A stretch of 61,859 bases of DNA, filler included, from Choristocarpus tenellus KU-1152 (GCA_964200185.2; 8 parts of 8 records of this genome joined end to end with filler, not necessarily neighbours in it), one strand, 5' to 3'; positions 35,991 through 51,276 are shown, numbered from the whole stretch's first letter. A program made the numbers and translations. Notes: generated from the letters alone by a model not told the origin.

Positions 35991-38900
35991 CTTAAAANNN
36001 NNNNNNNNNNNNNNNNNNNNNNNNNNNNNNNNNNNNNNNNNTTAATTAATTAANNNNNNNNNNNNNNNNNNNNNNNNNNNNNNNNNNNNNNNNNNNNGAA
36101 AAACACCCCCCCCTCTCTCCCCTCCCCCCATGTCATACACGTTGTTGGTATTATTATTGTTGCTACTACTAGTCTTCCAGTGATCACTGTATATTTTAAT
36201 CCTTGCGACTTACATCAGATTGTTGTTGTATCTGCATAAATGCATTTGGGGTTTTGATGATATGTGGGTGAGTAGGTCAATTTAGGCGAGGGAGTGTTTT
36301 TGTTTTTTGTTGCTTTGTGGTGAGTGCTTGTTTTTGTTGGTACAGTCGACAGTGAGTGGTTTGGCATTGTGCATATCTTCGATATTTTATCCACTCAGTA
36401 CTTATTACCATTGCCGTCTATAGTCCTTATTTTTCTCTATCTCTTCTTCAACAACGACCTCAACAGCATTACCGTTCCTGATATTGTGTTTGCTCTATAC
36501 AGAGTATTACAGTCGTTATTGAACATTTCATAACTATTAGTAGTATCACATGATAGTATTGAAGTGTAGACCACTGATCATAAACCGTTAGGAGTAACAC
36601 TGTTGACACCCACAACATCATTGCGAGAAGAGGAGGCAGAGGAGCAGAGGCGAAAAAGAGGAAGATCAGATAACAATTACAATGTGCGTGCAGCCGTCTG
36701 TGTATTTAGTGGTGGTAGTGGTAGCAGTCGCAGTACTGGGAGTACGTAGTAGTAGTAACAATTAGAGTAGTGGTATACAGAAACAACACCCATTCACACA
36801 AAACATAGGAGGTTATGACAAAACAAACAAACAAGAGGCATTACCATCATCACTGAGTGAGGTACCTACGACACATCATAAAATGCTAACAGAAAGCACG
36901 CATGTGCACAACACGGTACCGAATTGGACCTCATTTCACAAAGCTCCTCACCACCTACAATCTGCAATATACATGAAAAAATTCCGCTATTGTTCCCTCT
37001 CACAGAACTAACTGAAGGGCTAAAAAACGTAATTTCTACGAAATGTCACTTCTTTGGGTTTCAATGAATGATTCTGAATTCAAAATATTCTGTGTTAATA
37101 CCATATTAGGACATACACTACGGACTTCAAAATATTTGTAAGTAGTAGGAGTTTCTGTGTGAGTAACAAATAAAACCATTCCCTTCCCACCCAATTCACC
37201 TCAGCCCCTTCGTTATCCTGATTTTCCGTATTGTTTCCATCTCGTTCCTTTCTTTGCTGATGATCATTGCATATAATATGATCAAAGGAGACCACATAGC
37301 AATTCTTGCATTCCCGCCGATCCAAATTGCACTTACAATCATTTTTCGTCCAGAAGACGTATAAGATGTACATACGAATAATACTTCATGGTTTACTTCG
37401 GTTTACTTACTTGCTCATAACATTAATGAACGGTACTCCCAAGTAATAGCACAAACTTTTGATAAATATATCTGCATAGTAGTATAAAATGTTAACTGCC
37501 GCAGAATCAAAGTAAACGAGAGGTACCCTCGTTTTGGCCGTTTAGCATTTTACGCCACTTTGCCCATCTATTACCGTTCAGCCATATTTATATGGATGAA
37601 GTAGATAGAGTGACTTGTGAGGATTGATTTATCTATTGTTTGAAAAATTGGAAAGAATCCAAAATTTCCCAAACGTATTTGTACAAAAAGTCGAAATTTG
37701 CTTATATTTGTCAGCATCCTTAAAATGCAACCCTCTTGAATATATTGACTCAGATCTGGGCTGATCAACCTGAGACTTAGTCCCACTCTGTCAAAATATA
37801 AAATAGTGTCAAAATATGGAATAATCCTCATCATGTCTCAATTGGGTCTAACCTGGTCCTGTTCAGCATATTTTTCCTGGGACAGCCCACGGACTAGCCC
37901 CATTAAAACACTCGAGGCCCTAGGTCAACCCTCTTAGAAAACGTTCTTACTGGGCCAACCTGTTCGTATGAGGAGATGCTTTGAAGTACTGTACACACCA
38001 AATGTTGTTATTAGTACACATGAAGAATGAATTATGTACGTAACAAGATAATGTGTGTAAGATGGTAGACTAGTAGTAATGACTCAGAATATTGGAATTA
38101 AGTGATGCTGAAGAAACATTTTTGGAAATATTTCTTTAACTATTCGGGATGTTCCTGTGCTTGATCTGCTCGAAAAGTTTCTATCAGTGATACATCGATC
38201 CCATCGTGAAAGTGTGATCATGGAGACTAGGAACTATTCCCCCCCTTTATGGACAGGTCTCACTCTTCGCTGTAAACTTAAAAAAAGTAGTGCCACATAC
38301 AGACCTTCTTGGTAAAGCACCACGCTTCTTTGAGAGCGTGCGAACACAGCCCTTGGTTCAGCTCCGTTACACTCAACCAGTCCAGCATAAAGCCCCGGAG
38401 AAAAGCAACCCAGTGCTCAAATCCAAAAACAGAAGTAGAGATCAGCTCCACCATGAAGAACCAAAACAAACCCACGGAGTTGCACATACAGATGGCAAAA
38501 GATATAATACTTCTCACCACCCCCAGTACGGAATGATGGTTTGATCTTCGAAGTACTTCAACCAAACTTCCAGAACTATGGAGTGGATGAGAACTATCAC
38601 ATTTTTCAAATATACTACTTCAACTAACTGTAATTGTGGTTGATGCATTGGAGTGACGTTACTGCAAGCAATAAAAAGACTGTTGTTCGTGTGTTGTATT
38701 CTTTACTTTGTTATTTTCATTCTGGCTACAATGGTAACATCTGTAAAATGCCAGGGGGTATAATAGCGAAGGAGTACAAGAGTTTAAACTCACTTTCGAT
38801 ATGTATGTGAACGATCTTCGCGTTCACCATCGTGAGTGTTCGCAAACAATGGAAATAACTCTCTTGTTCCCCTGTTTTTTTTTCCGTCTTGTTTCTGGAA

Positions 38901-39778
38901 CTGTTTCATAATTAAGTAACGTTTCACTTCGTGGCTTCCCCGTATTATGCCGGTCAGGCAAACCGGAACGAGTCGTAATAGTGGAGGGTGGGAGGGGGGT
39001 AAAGCCCAATTTCACTTTACAGAAAGAACGGCTAAAGAGAGAACGTGTGAAAACTCCAGGGTGTCTGGAGCTAGCAGGGCGGGTGATCACTGGTAGAGGT
39101 AGAGCCATGGTAGACTCCCGTCGCACAAGCCGGGTTATGGGCAGGTGAGCGTAGTGGGAAGGAGAAGTTGTTCTTCCAGTAGTGGATTTTCCCTTACAAA
39201 AAACAAGAATGAATCGTTATCGAAGAGACAATGTATCCTAGAGGGAGGTACCATTGAATATACGGGGCCTACGTGACGACCTACCAACACAAGTCCTCCT
39301 AGCACTCCATGGCGCGATTTCGGGCTAGCGTGGAGGAATGCTCGTTTCCACTTCTGCAGCCACGGCCTCATAATGATGGGAGTGCGCTGCATTTTTGGCG
39401 TGGGAAAAGAGGCGTCAGGTTGAAGTTTTCATGGTCCCCTTAAACTCGAAATGGTCAAAAATCGACCCTTCTCCAGGATACGATGACTTCCAAGGATCAC
39501 TTGAGAACGTACACATCACCAATACTCAGGATCAATAATATTCAGCGAAAGGTTGCGTTCAGTCCAACTAACTGTGCTTTTATGCCTGTTCCTACTCCAG
39601 CGAAAAGAAAACGAACTGTACTCGGGGAGAAGTAGTTGACCTATGACTGAAGGAGTGTTCGTTGGGTCAACTTCAGTTAGTTGGTCGGGAGGGACCAGGA
39701 CGAAGTGACAGTGGATCGTGTTACTGGATTGATATCTCGTAGGTTTTCTATGCCACCAGTCTGGCAGGATGGGACTCC

Positions 39779-41461
39779 GTGTTCACAAAGAACAACCAAA
39801 TCGTTCGTAATCCTGGATACAACGTGCGCGTACTCACTATCAAGCAAGCTCCCGTAAATGTACCACATGCACAATGTGTTGCAGTCATTGTCTCTCCCCG
39901 ACCCTTCTCTCGAAAATTGTTAGTGACAAGAGTGATAGCAGGTTCAGTCGGGACTCAAGGGCAAGCAATCCTGAGGGCAGTGCCAAGAAAGAAAGAGGTG
40001 GATTGCCAAATGATGGTTGTGATGACAACAGCGATGGCAGCATAGACTTTTCCATTGAGGACAGTGTCACAAAGTGAGTAGTCATTGACTGATGAAGTGT
40101 GGCTTCAATCAACGTAAAACGTGGTAACACTTATTGCAAGCGGTAGTCTTTAGCATGGGGGGAAGTCTTGAAGCTTCCTTTACCGGTATGTGGACCCTGG
40201 ACTGTAACTAACTTGTTCTGGGGTCGGTTATTCCTTGAACTCGGAGTAGACTGTAAGTATTCTGGAGTAGTACTATACTTTGGAGAAGTACCAACTACTA
40301 CTTCAACAGGTTCATCCTTCTAATAAATTACCTGATTGTGTACTAATATTCCCTTGGTGAGGAATAATTTGTAGAAGTGTTCATTATGTACTCTAATAAG
40401 TGCAATAAAGTATGGAGCTTTCTATGCCTAGAGGTGCTTTGATATTGGACCATTAACAAACCGTGAAACGATTTTACATTACTAAGATCCAATATCAACC
40501 TTCACTCCAAGAGTCCTGGTGGAATTAAAGTATGTGCTGTTCATAGCATTCACACCTATACCCTCACTCTTTCCAAACACAACTTGGGCTTACTAATTAA
40601 CAACTTGAACAATTTTCTCCACTCTTTGTTGGCTAAGAGATAGGTCTTGACGCATGACTCTAACATCATTCACCATACTGCTATCATGGCCAATAGTCAG
40701 TGATTCCTTCTGAGGTAACCTCTTGCATGGAAAATTCGTTAATTGTTTCTTGTGCTAGTTGACAATTTGACCCTTACTTTTTTGTTGAGTTGGTAAGCAG
40801 TCCAGTGCTTGCAATCCTGGCTGGTCCCAACAGCACAGAAATGTGTTCACAATTGATAGTGTTTACCGATTTCTAATTGAACAATTGATCAAACAGAATT
40901 GGTGATGTTGACAGAGGTCCTCTGACGCAGAACTCGTTTCATTCATTATCACAGCAATATAAGGCATACTATATTGTGAGGGCTACTACCAGTTTCGGAA
41001 TAATATGCTGGTCAGGAGTACACTGGTATATTCTGAACTCAAGAATATATTCATGTGACAATAGAATGCTTCTACTCCAGTGTAGGTCTGAGGAGCTTTT
41101 TTCCCATCTATTTGAGCAAGATGGATGATTGGCTTGTCTCATTTCTCAAATCAAAGAGTCCAGAGAAAGTGTCAATTCTTTTGAGTATGAAGGCCTCACC
41201 ATGCAAAACCCTGCTGGAAAAAACAAGCGGATTGGTTCACCTGCCATAGGCATCTGTGTTGACCATATTGGAAGTATCCCCACGGACTAACTTTTGTTGT
41301 TGTGTTTGCAGATCAGAGTTAGAGTTGCAAGGTGGAAAAAAATCTTCCTAAATTGTGAGATGCCTACGTTGATGTGCCTCTTGGTACATAAAGACAGCAC
41401 CCTGATGGTAGAGCATACTTTCCATATACCTCAAAGTAAGTGCATATGCAGAGTGCATTGG

Positions 41462-41513
<52 letters not shown>

Positions 41514-41940
41514 CGACCTTTGGACCATGCACTTTCAAAACTGGACCTTTTTAATACTACTGGCAGAACTGTATGGTTTCCATCCTTTTTATGCAAGGGA
41601 ATCCATCTCTTCGCAGCTGATGACAGTGTATGACAAGGTTATTACATCTGGGTATGGACCACCGTATCATGAGGAATATGGAGGAAATCTTCCTGAGGAC
41701 TGCAACAAGATGATTCCTAACTTGAGGTGAGGTACATCCATCCCACTAGTAACTGTGGCCATTTTGGAGAACATATCAATAGGTCCTAGGGCCAAATGTT
41801 AACACTGTGACTGGGGAGACTTGGGACATCTAGAAAATCTCTTGGGGTACCTTCTGCCATGCACTGAGTATCTACAGAGATACCCACTGTAAGCACGATA
41901 TGCCATACATTATGATGTCTGTACACTTCCTAGGTTTCTA
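39779..41940 (+). mobile_element. Probable decayed KDZ (Kyakuja-Dileera-Zisupton)-type transposase
   Basis: Colinear broken motifs: KCTTCTMCCSH (~39857), YAGQEYTGIF (~41004), WFTC...P...VVFAD (~41233), YGFHPFYARES (~41572), IHYDVCTL (~41905). Confidence 0.4.
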
Positions 41941-42550
41941 TTTTGTGTTTTTCTATTTTGTGCATGTGTGTTTCGGTATTATGAATTGAGAGGAATGATA
42001 CAGGCTAACGACTGTTGTCCTACCCACCCCAACTTGCCAACTATCATCATGTGCCTAACTACATAGGGAAGTGCATCAACTCCTTCGGAATGGGGCAAAT
42101 CCGAACATTGGATTCAAAGCAGACCATTTCCTGACCCCTCTCCATTTCGCTGCAAGGTGAAGTAAACAAGTAGCAGAGGAGATGATGGGGTACCACTTCT
42201 CTTGAGTGATACTCAGAAAATAAAATAACTCTACAGCTATGTAGTATGTACTCTCTCTTTTGGACTTGCTACATCCCCTTTTGGATGACTATTGCTCTGT
42301 TCTAAGAATGCTGTTGAAGTTGAACTCTAACCCTTTTCATGAGTACCCCCCATCCCATTCTATAACTTTTGGCTGCAAGAGAATTTATATTCCAACATTT
42401 TATTTACCTCCCTTGAACCCTTATCCACGACCTGAGTGAGTGAGAGAGAGAGAGAGAGAGAGAAGTGGAGGAAGATACCTCCACTGATGCAAGTCCCAAT
42501 ACATCACCCCTAATCCAACAAGATCATGCTTATGAGTAATCCTAAGAATA

Positions 42551-42786
42551 GATTCAAAGCATTTACGAGGGTAGGAGTTTTACCCTGTTTGTTTGTTGGG
42601 GGCTTGGCTTCCCATGAGTTTTTTATTCCCTTTTTCAGTTTTCTTTGTTAACACTAACCCTAACCCTAATATGTATACGACCATGAAAAGTGTGTCCGGA
42701 CACTTGGTAACAAACATGATAAACAAATTCCATCAAAATCGCAACAATAGATTTTATCCTGAACGGATACGACCCTACCCTTCTAA
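42551..42786. mobile_element. Diverged MITE-B
   Basis: GATTCAAAGCATTTACGAGGGTAGG...GACCCTACCCTTCTAA; colinear with 15243-15501. Confidence 0.7.
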
Positions 42787-43729
42787 GTCCCTGGGGTTGA
42801 TACAGAGATGGATCCTTGCCCTTCCCGGCTGCTGGTCTCCCTATAGGCATTGCTAATATTCTAGATTACTAATGAAAGCTTGACATCGGTCTCTTTGGGC
42901 GGAGCTTTGCAGCAACATTGCACACCAGATTCACATCATTATGGGTGCTCTGGTTGCACTAAGAACACACGAATGGTTGAGTGTATCTCTTGTCTTTGTA
43001 ACACTACGACAGCAGATATGGGAATGTGAAGCTTTTGAAGATGCTGCACAAGGCTGGTGGAAAGCTAGATCTTCCAAATGCCCTGGGCCTGACACCTCTC
43101 TCATATACATGTGCCTTCTGCCTCTCAGGGGAGGACGGTGGTGAGGAGTGGGAAAAGAGACAGGTAGATATCAGCAATTAGTACTTCTTGAATGGTCTGG
43201 TAACTGTCAGCGTAGAGAGGGGTGAGAGAAAAAAGAAAAAAGAAATGGCACAATGCACCCCATAACATGTCCATGCCATGAATCATACTCGTCGATGGGT
43301 TGCTGAGCTGCTGACGTTTTGCAAGACCTCTTGACAGGAACTAACCACAGCAAATGTCATGTTCTTCAAAGCAACATTAGTGCAGTACCTTCACTGCATT
43401 TGGTTGGGATTTTGCGCCAGTATATTCATTTCACCCATTTGTGGGACTTTTTCCTGATTCCAATGCAATTGTCACACCTAATTATTTTTCTTTATTCTGA
43501 GGAACGTTGAAGGATTGGAGCAGTCTGCACAGCATGCAACACAGTACGGCAAGAGATGGTGATAATGCGTACTCTATTAGTATGCAACATACAACACATG
43601 TATCGCCAAGAGTTGTTCCCTCTTTATGAACGCCTTCATTCCCACATATATGAAGTACTGCATGAGGTGACGTTATTTCTCGCCCCTGTGTGGTACTGTA
43701 TTGGCATATTTCCAATCCACGAAAATAGA

Positions 43730-43910
43730 GGGTCAAAGTATCTGGGGGGAGGGGTGGCAGCTATCCTTCGGAGGTCAACTTTTTCATGTCGCGATTTTTG
43801 TGTGATTTGGTTCCATACGTTGGATGGATAATCAAAGTGCACTTTTCCTGGTTTTGGTCCAAGTGGACACTCCGGTGTAGACCCCCCACCCCCCCCCCCC
43901 CCCCCCCCCC
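43730..43910. mobile_element. MITE-A (reverse orientation, one TIR incomplete)
   Basis: Reverse-colinear with 46-223. Confidence 0.85.
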
Positions 43911-46350
43911 GCGCAGGTCGCCTATCTGGTGCAGCAACAAAAAAAAACAAAGGAAACACNNNNNNNNNNNNNNNNNNNNNNNNNNNNNNNNNNNNNNNNN
44001 NNNTTAATTAATTAANNNNNNNNNNNNNNNNNNNNNNNNNNNNNNNNNNNNNNNNNNNNAAGGGGGGGGGGGAGCGAGAGAGAGGGGGGGAGGGGAATGG
44101 AACGAAAATGAACCTGAGGGCATTGTATAAAAAAAACGTCAAACAGGGAAATACAAAAACACACACACACACTCCAAAAGATCACCTATTTGAATAAAAG
44201 TCTACTCTCAGTTCACATCTACTACAAGGAAAAAAAAAGGTATACGCAGGCAAGGGATGATTTGGTAACTTCTAAGGAGAGACCAAATCCCTTGGGAACT
44301 TTCTTGAAACTTTCTTGATCATGGTCTACACACGATTGTTCAGTTTTTGTGTTGTGCTTCTGATTTGTACTCGAACATCTTCCCTACACACTGGCCCAGA
44401 AAATTCTGACAAACTCATTTGCGGCTACAGAAGCCAAGAAATTTCTAGTGGCGCTCCCCCAGACCTGTGCCTTGAGTGAGTGGAGGCGCCACTGGCTAGA
44501 CTTCAAACCAGTCTACTTCCCTTTCTTTCAGGGAATTGAACCTTGGCACTATGAATGGTACAGATATTTTCTAGAACAGATAGGTACATCTCATGCTTGA
44601 ACCTTGACTGCTGTGTCCGACACCCGTTGGTTATCCTATTTCTCATTTCTTACCCTTGTCGCACTCTCCAATATAAAGTACAACCTCTGACTAATGGCTG
44701 AAACAAAAAAAATGATTATGTTACTCATCAAGCACACTTTGAATCAAATCGGCATCGTATCAGCCATTTCTGGCACCACTAGCTAGACTGAAGGGAAGTA
44801 AAGCGACCAAACTGAATCACACTTCCTCATCGATCGTGTCAGCCACCTTCAGCATTGGTGATGCACTTCTCACCTCAACTACCTTGGGCTGATAGGACAC
44901 AAGGACTAACTAGGAGATTGCCATTCACCGAGAGCTCCGCAAGGTCTGTCGGGCCACTAAGAACTTTCTCTGTGAGGTTTCTTCCTCCCAATGACGGTTC
45001 AGCACGGCTCTTATTCTTCCTATTATCACTACTACTATCAATATGTCACTATTATTTTCATTATTTAACCACTTGAAATTTCAGAGCAGAAACCTTTCAT
45101 TGCCCTGGGTTCGAGCTCGAAATGATCGCCTCTCAAGGCCTCAGGGATCGACTTGGGAAAGCACCACAGACAGGCCTCTCCATAACTGAACAACAACCAG
45201 AAGATTCCAAACAAAGCAAGTGCTCACCTAACCAACACACCATCTCTTTTCAACCCACCCGCTTCGAAAAACATTCAACACGAGAACGAGCACAAACAAC
45301 AAGCTAATCTACACAACCGCTGCACATTGTGAGCCCTCCTAACTCCTCTTCAGTGAACGGATTGATGATCAAACAATACTACACCAAATTATTGGTAACG
45401 CCATATTACACAGGTACACCTCACTCACACCACAGTGAATACTGCAATGCACATAGCAGACCTCCTAATCAAGCCACCCGGAACGCGATGCAGGGCATCC
45501 AGTCATGCCTTTGCACATGGTTTCTGTACTAGATAGAAAATATATTTGGCAACTCCCAGACTTTTTCATCAATCTTTACAGGTGGGGTAGCTGGACTGGC
45601 TGTCATCGATGTGCATAATGTAGCCATAGTCGCACTCTTCCACCAAGGAAGATAATTGGAAAGTAGTTGTCGAGAGACCACTGTGAGTTGCTATCGTTCA
45701 ATTGCTTTACAAACCTGAATTTGCTCGGAGTCAAAGATGCACCTTCATCCAACATATCAGAGACAGGAAAAACCAAAACAAATAATTTTGTTGCCTGTTT
45801 GTGTATAAAACTTCCTCAGTGTCACCTCCTAAGTGCCCTGCATGACCACATACACAGACCACCTCCATTTCGAAATCAACACACGCATCCCCCATCACGA
45901 ACCCTACACATTCATGCTCTTTCCATTGCTGAAGTTGTACGACAGCCCAAATCATAAACTAGTCATCAGTCTCCTCTATAGCCTCGCTATGTCACCAAGT
46001 TTGTAACAAGTTTGTAATCAGTCGTTTGTGCATAGTCCCCCCACCTCCCCCCTACCACCAAACCATCACGTTGTTAAATCGATCTCTATTCTCAATATTC
46101 CAAGAAGAGGTTAGGTTCCATTAAGAATTGGGTGGGGGGGAAGCCATCAGATCCACAGCTTCAACTCTAACAACACCTACAAAATTTCTTACACAAAACA
46201 ATTCTCTAGTGTGAACATCAATTATCAAAAGAAACTGTTGACTCCTTGGTTCCATGTTCTACCTCAGAATAGAGGCACACGACCAACAAACTCACAACTT
46301 AATGGTGTATTCGCATACAGCACAGATTCACACGTACCTACACCCCTTAC

Positions 46351-48471
46351 CTGAACCTCCTTTCCTGGACCAGCGCTGAAGGCAAAGATACACTGGGCAT
46401 ATGCACCCTTGCCTCCCATCCCCCCTTCCAAAATGTCATTCAATCCCTGATGTCCAATCTTTTCCAGGAACCACTTGATGTAAGGTCCTGGCAATCCACC
46501 CAGCTTATCAAAGCATAATCCTGTGTCCTCCACCATGACTGGCCCGTTCACCTGCATTTCACACAATTTCTGTCAAAAAGTCATGACCTTGTCATACACA
46601 GAACTACGGCAGTCTTGTGAAAACAAACAGTTCCTTGAATAAAAGAACAATCAGTATCGTAACTGAAACCTACCAATTCATTGCTCCATATCCTCGGGTG
46701 CGCTTTTGAATCTGAACAACTACTTGAAAAAAAAATGATATAATAATTTAAACCTTTCTTAACTATTCGCTGTATTTCCTCGCATGAATTCACATCGAGT
46801 GCTCAGTCAAAATGTTCCTCTCACAACCTCACATTACGCATGCTAAATGCAACTTCAATTAGGTTGACTGCATCAAAAAAATTTACAATCAAATGACTCT
46901 CACAAATCCTCTTGATTCACAATCTTCCAAACAAACACCTTACACAACTTTGTCACTCCCATAAGAAATAAGCAAAGCATTCCAGACAAAATAATGCCGT
47001 ACAACACAGCACAGCACAGTAGTACCCTCTCCGTCCACATCTCCACAACAAGGAAGATTTTTAACCCACCTCTTTGGGATGGTCTGACACAGGCATATTC
47101 CTCCCCAAGAATTGAAGCAATAATGTAGAAGCTAAGGAGGTTTGTGTTCACCTTTTTTTGATACTGTGGTCCCATAAATTTGAAGAACCAAATTCTCAGT
47201 GGTCTGCTCACTAACAAACAAACAAAATGTGGTGCACGCACACCACAACAGGGTAAAAAAAAATAAAGAATTCATAGAGCAGGAGGAATGTTCTGACTCT
47301 GAAAGAAACCGGTGATGACAGCAATTATTTAGCATATACCGCCATCAGTACATTTGTACATTGGAGGCATACCTTAAAATGTCATACTGATCCACCAATC
47401 CCATCATACCTGTTCGGCGGGAATCCTCAATTTGTCCTCAAAATTGACAACTTGCTGATTTTAAGGCTATATATACTTCTCTGCAACACACACGATTCAT
47501 GATTGAACCAATCAGCACTGTGCATGAGTTGCCTTAGCCAATCAGCATGACTATATATACAGAAACACGCCAACTACAGCTCTTAGATTTTGAGGTGTCT
47601 TCCCCCCCCCACAATCTTCAAGGTACGAATCAAATCCTCTGCTATCTTGTCTTATCCTATCCTATCCTACCTATCTCTTCTCATCTCATGACCTGTTTTG
47701 CAGCAAGACGGCACTTTTCCCTGACAATGTCGTAGGGTTCTCCCTGCAGCTCAGGAAGATCAACCTTTTGGTTTGAGAGGGGGAATGGGAATGTTGACCC
47801 AAGGATCTGCTTCACCTGAAAAGTAAAGACAAGACAATTGTACGCACGCACTTGTTGGTACCATTTTGTATTAGTTATCAAAAGACCAACGGGTATTAGA
47901 TATGATATGAAAAAAACAAATTAAACCAATGGAGTGGCTGATATGCCACATTTTGCCAATGGGACAGGCAGGAAGCCTAACATTCAGCCAATTGAATGGG
48001 TGCATACATTTGGCCAAGACCTGCATGGCAACGACTAAATGTCACTTCAAGGTGATCAAATGGACTAAACGCCGTACAAACCAAGTAGGATGTCCTACAC
48101 AACACATTCAGCCAAAGGGATTCGAGAATGCTTCACTCCCCAACCCCTCAACTTGGGCATCCTCACACAAAAACACTTAGGGGTTAAGGCGTATCTTGGT
48201 ATGATACCACCGAAGAGCAAGAATTTTCTCTGTGCTGTTGTTAACCTTTTTTATATTTTTAAAAAGATAAAAAGGTTCCTGCTGTCAAATAGGACTCCAA
48301 GACTCGCCCATAATGTGAACCCATTCTACTGCGATGAAGAGTGGAAAAGGTGAAAATTTTCAGTTTCGGTAAGACAACAGTGCACTAGCTTACCTCCTTG
48401 AGCTTATTGACGTTTCCGGTGACAAAGGTAACCGCTACATCTTCCTGCTTCCTCTTGACAGTCGTCCCCAT
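46351..48471 (-). CDS. ITPA: Inosine triphosphate pyrophosphatase (HAM1 family), 5' part; exons 48471-48394, 47815-47693, 46551-46351
   Basis: [56 protein letters not shown]; in-frame GT-AG junctions; exons with FGWD and SHR motifs not found. Confidence 0.93.
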
Positions 48472-50219
48472 CATCGACATCGACTTGCCGCTCTTGTGAA
48501 CGAAACAGTGGAGGGTGAATCACAGCAGTACAGAACAAACCAGAAGCAGCAGTGGAGTGATAGAAAGTAGAATGGTAGCCTTTGCTATTATCAACAAACA
48601 TCGGTGAATCACCATATACCAAGAAATCATATGTACTACATATTTACGATGCCAACTAGAAAGAGTTTGCACTATACATAGGAACAGAGTGTTTACATCG
48701 ACAAATACAAGCACCACTACACAAAACGTCCACACCCATACCCACAAAAGTGTTAGGGTGTAAACGTGTGTCTGCAGAGACAAATCTACACACTCAGCGT
48801 CGATAAAACTATTAATGGATGCATGCGTAGGTTCATATCTGTTTGAATGTGTCTTGGTGTACATGTATGGAGTGTAGAGATGCAAGGACAGGTACCTAGG
48901 TAAGATGCTGGTTGTTGCCAAAGTTCAGAGATAGCGCTAAAAGGAGGAATTTCAACCGGGAAACGCACATACTTCCAACCCAAACACTGAAACAAAAAAG
49001 GTTGGCACTCTGTCAGTACCAATTTTTCCATTCATCCATACCTATGGAGATTTCTTAGCACTAGTAATTGGTCGTTGCAAGAATAGCTCAGACCATTGCT
49101 TACGTATTCTGCAACTCTGTATTTGCTTCTGATTTGAAACACAGTACATCCATGCTGCAAGATCTGGTCTTCATTACAAGAGAGTTGTCGCCTTAATGTA
49201 GTGCTAATCACGTTTGCATTTATGTGCATGTACGCTTCGAATATCTCATTGTTACTGTGGCAAATCTAGATTGTATATAATATACACTTCAATACCACAC
49301 TTGACCTCTCTACAGCAGCAGCTGTACAGCAGATATCGCCTGCCACTTTGCAACGCAATGCAGGTGGCACTCCAATACTAGTAACAATAAAATAAAAAAC
49401 ACACATGCCTTTCTATCCAAATCATGCTTTGGAATTATGCAGAGAAGATGGGGCAAAAAAAGAAAGAGACCAGGGTATCAAAAACTACCTTAAAAAAATA
49501 GGGGGAAAATACAAACGATCGCAGATAAAAGAAGAGGCTTCTTGTGGACAGGGTTCGTCAGCAAGGGAAAATATCCATGAGTGCCCCATAATAATCAACC
49601 AAGGAAGGACAAAACATGTAACTATGGATGACCGGAAAAATGATTGGAGAGCGATGAAGAGATAAAGAATGTAAGGTTAAGCATCTACTAGGCAAAACTG
49701 CCAGAACTGGTTCCATGTGGTCAGACGGACCAGGAAATCTTCAAGGCATTAGGCTGCAGCGCCAAACTCTATCAACAATTGCTGGTCAAATGTAACATTT
49801 AGAGATAAGGAACACGAGATCGACGGTTACTATGTTGGACTTTCCTGCCAACGCTCCATACAAAGCAAAAGTGACATCGCACTATCCATGACGTCCCACA
49901 GCGCCCGCCCAACAAGCAGAAAGCGAAGTACCCATGTAAGAGTGTTTTGGCGTTTCAATACACTATCAACTCCAGATTACATTGCCGACAATGGCATGGC
50001 ATAACACTATAAACACCACATGCATAATCCCACAAAAACGGGTCAGTGTCAACAGACAGGACCATGGCGTCTGATTGTCAAACCATGCGAGGCATGCGGG
50101 AGTCAACTCCATCTACCATAGAGATCTTTCGATAGGGCAATAGAGAGAAATCTAGCTATGGAAGGAGACTCTAGAGACTAGAGAATTCATACCGAATTTA
50201 GGAGAGGTGTTGATCGAGA

Positions 50220-50690
50220 AAAATCACCAGGGGTTGCAAAACTGGTCATCCCGGCAAGCTCTTACCTGTAATAGAAGCGCTGAAGGTATCTGCATGATGG
50301 CCTTCTCCCATAACGCCTGGACAAACATGCCACGAACCGGAAAAAGAGATGTGAAAGCCAGAGAATGCGGTGCTAAGAGACTGTTATGGGGTATTAGGTT
50401 GTTGCTACAACCTCGAAAGGAGGAACACCAAGAGTTGACTGCAAAATGTACCATAGCTTGTTGAATTCGGGGCACGGTCATGGGGTATAGTCCGCCGAAC
50501 GGGCTCTTTGTAGGACCAAGCAAGCAACTCTTCACGTACAACTTTGTTGGAGAAATTTAACTGAAAGATGTAAGGGGATTCAAAATTGGAACATGACTAC
50601 TTCAAACGACTCCATCATCTTATTATCTATGTTACATATTCATGTCCATTTCTTGTGTCATGTATCAACACCCGTACGCATTTCAAGGGT
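50220..50690 (-). pseudogene. Possible PIF1-like helicase relic (Helitron-like)
   Basis: LKCVRVLIHD, PFGGL and LLLQVRACRDDQF in the order of PIF1 motifs, heavily broken. Confidence 0.3.
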
Positions 50691-51039
50691 TCGAACCCCT
50701 TCAATGCCAAACATATTTTCACGGAAATCTGTTTTCAAATGATCCAATTCTAAGTATTAAGATAAGCTCTGTTCTGTTCCTGTACCACAAAAATTCAGGA
50801 CGAAGATCAAGGAGGAATCTTTAACTGGGACCAACACACATTCGAGAGAGGAGACGGAGCGACAAGCGGTGGGAGTGCTGAATCCAACTCGCGAGAAGCA
50901 TGGTAGGAGCAGAGACCGTACAATCAGCCGTAGTACAACAGGTAGTCAGTACCAAATAAAATAAGAACCATAATCTACGTTGTGTAGTAGCTTTGACTAC
51001 AGGTCGAGATAGTCCCCAAACCAAAGTGACGACAAACAA

Positions 51040-51276
51040 AGTGAGAGTTTATGAAGTAAACTGAGTTTTGTGGGCGGGAGAATTCTGGTTGGCTGGGGGC
51101 ACAGGATAAGAACGTGGGGAAAAAGAAAAGAAGTAGGAAGAGAAGGAATGGTTAAGGAACGAGAGAGTTTATGGAAATGAGTGGAAGGTGAAAGCAAAGG
51201 AAAGCAGTCAGAAAAATCAGGGGTACAAGACAAGGAGGGGAGAACAAGGCAACCTCCGAGCAAGCTTCTCCCACCC
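51040..51276 (+). repeat. Fragment related to 23465-23710 of the YR retroelement
   Basis: Shared AGTTTATGAAGTAA...GGGGCACAGGA...AGAACAAG.CAACCTCCGAGCA blocks. Confidence 0.75.

Noticed and set aside
37095-38830. Short ORFs with faint similarity to 6130-6520
   Set aside because: Only a CTCTTCGCTGTA match and no recognisable protein motif.
44060-46260. Expected final ITPase exons (FGWDP, SHR motifs)
   Set aside because: Not recognised on the minus strand; probably beyond the contig break, so not called a pseudogene.
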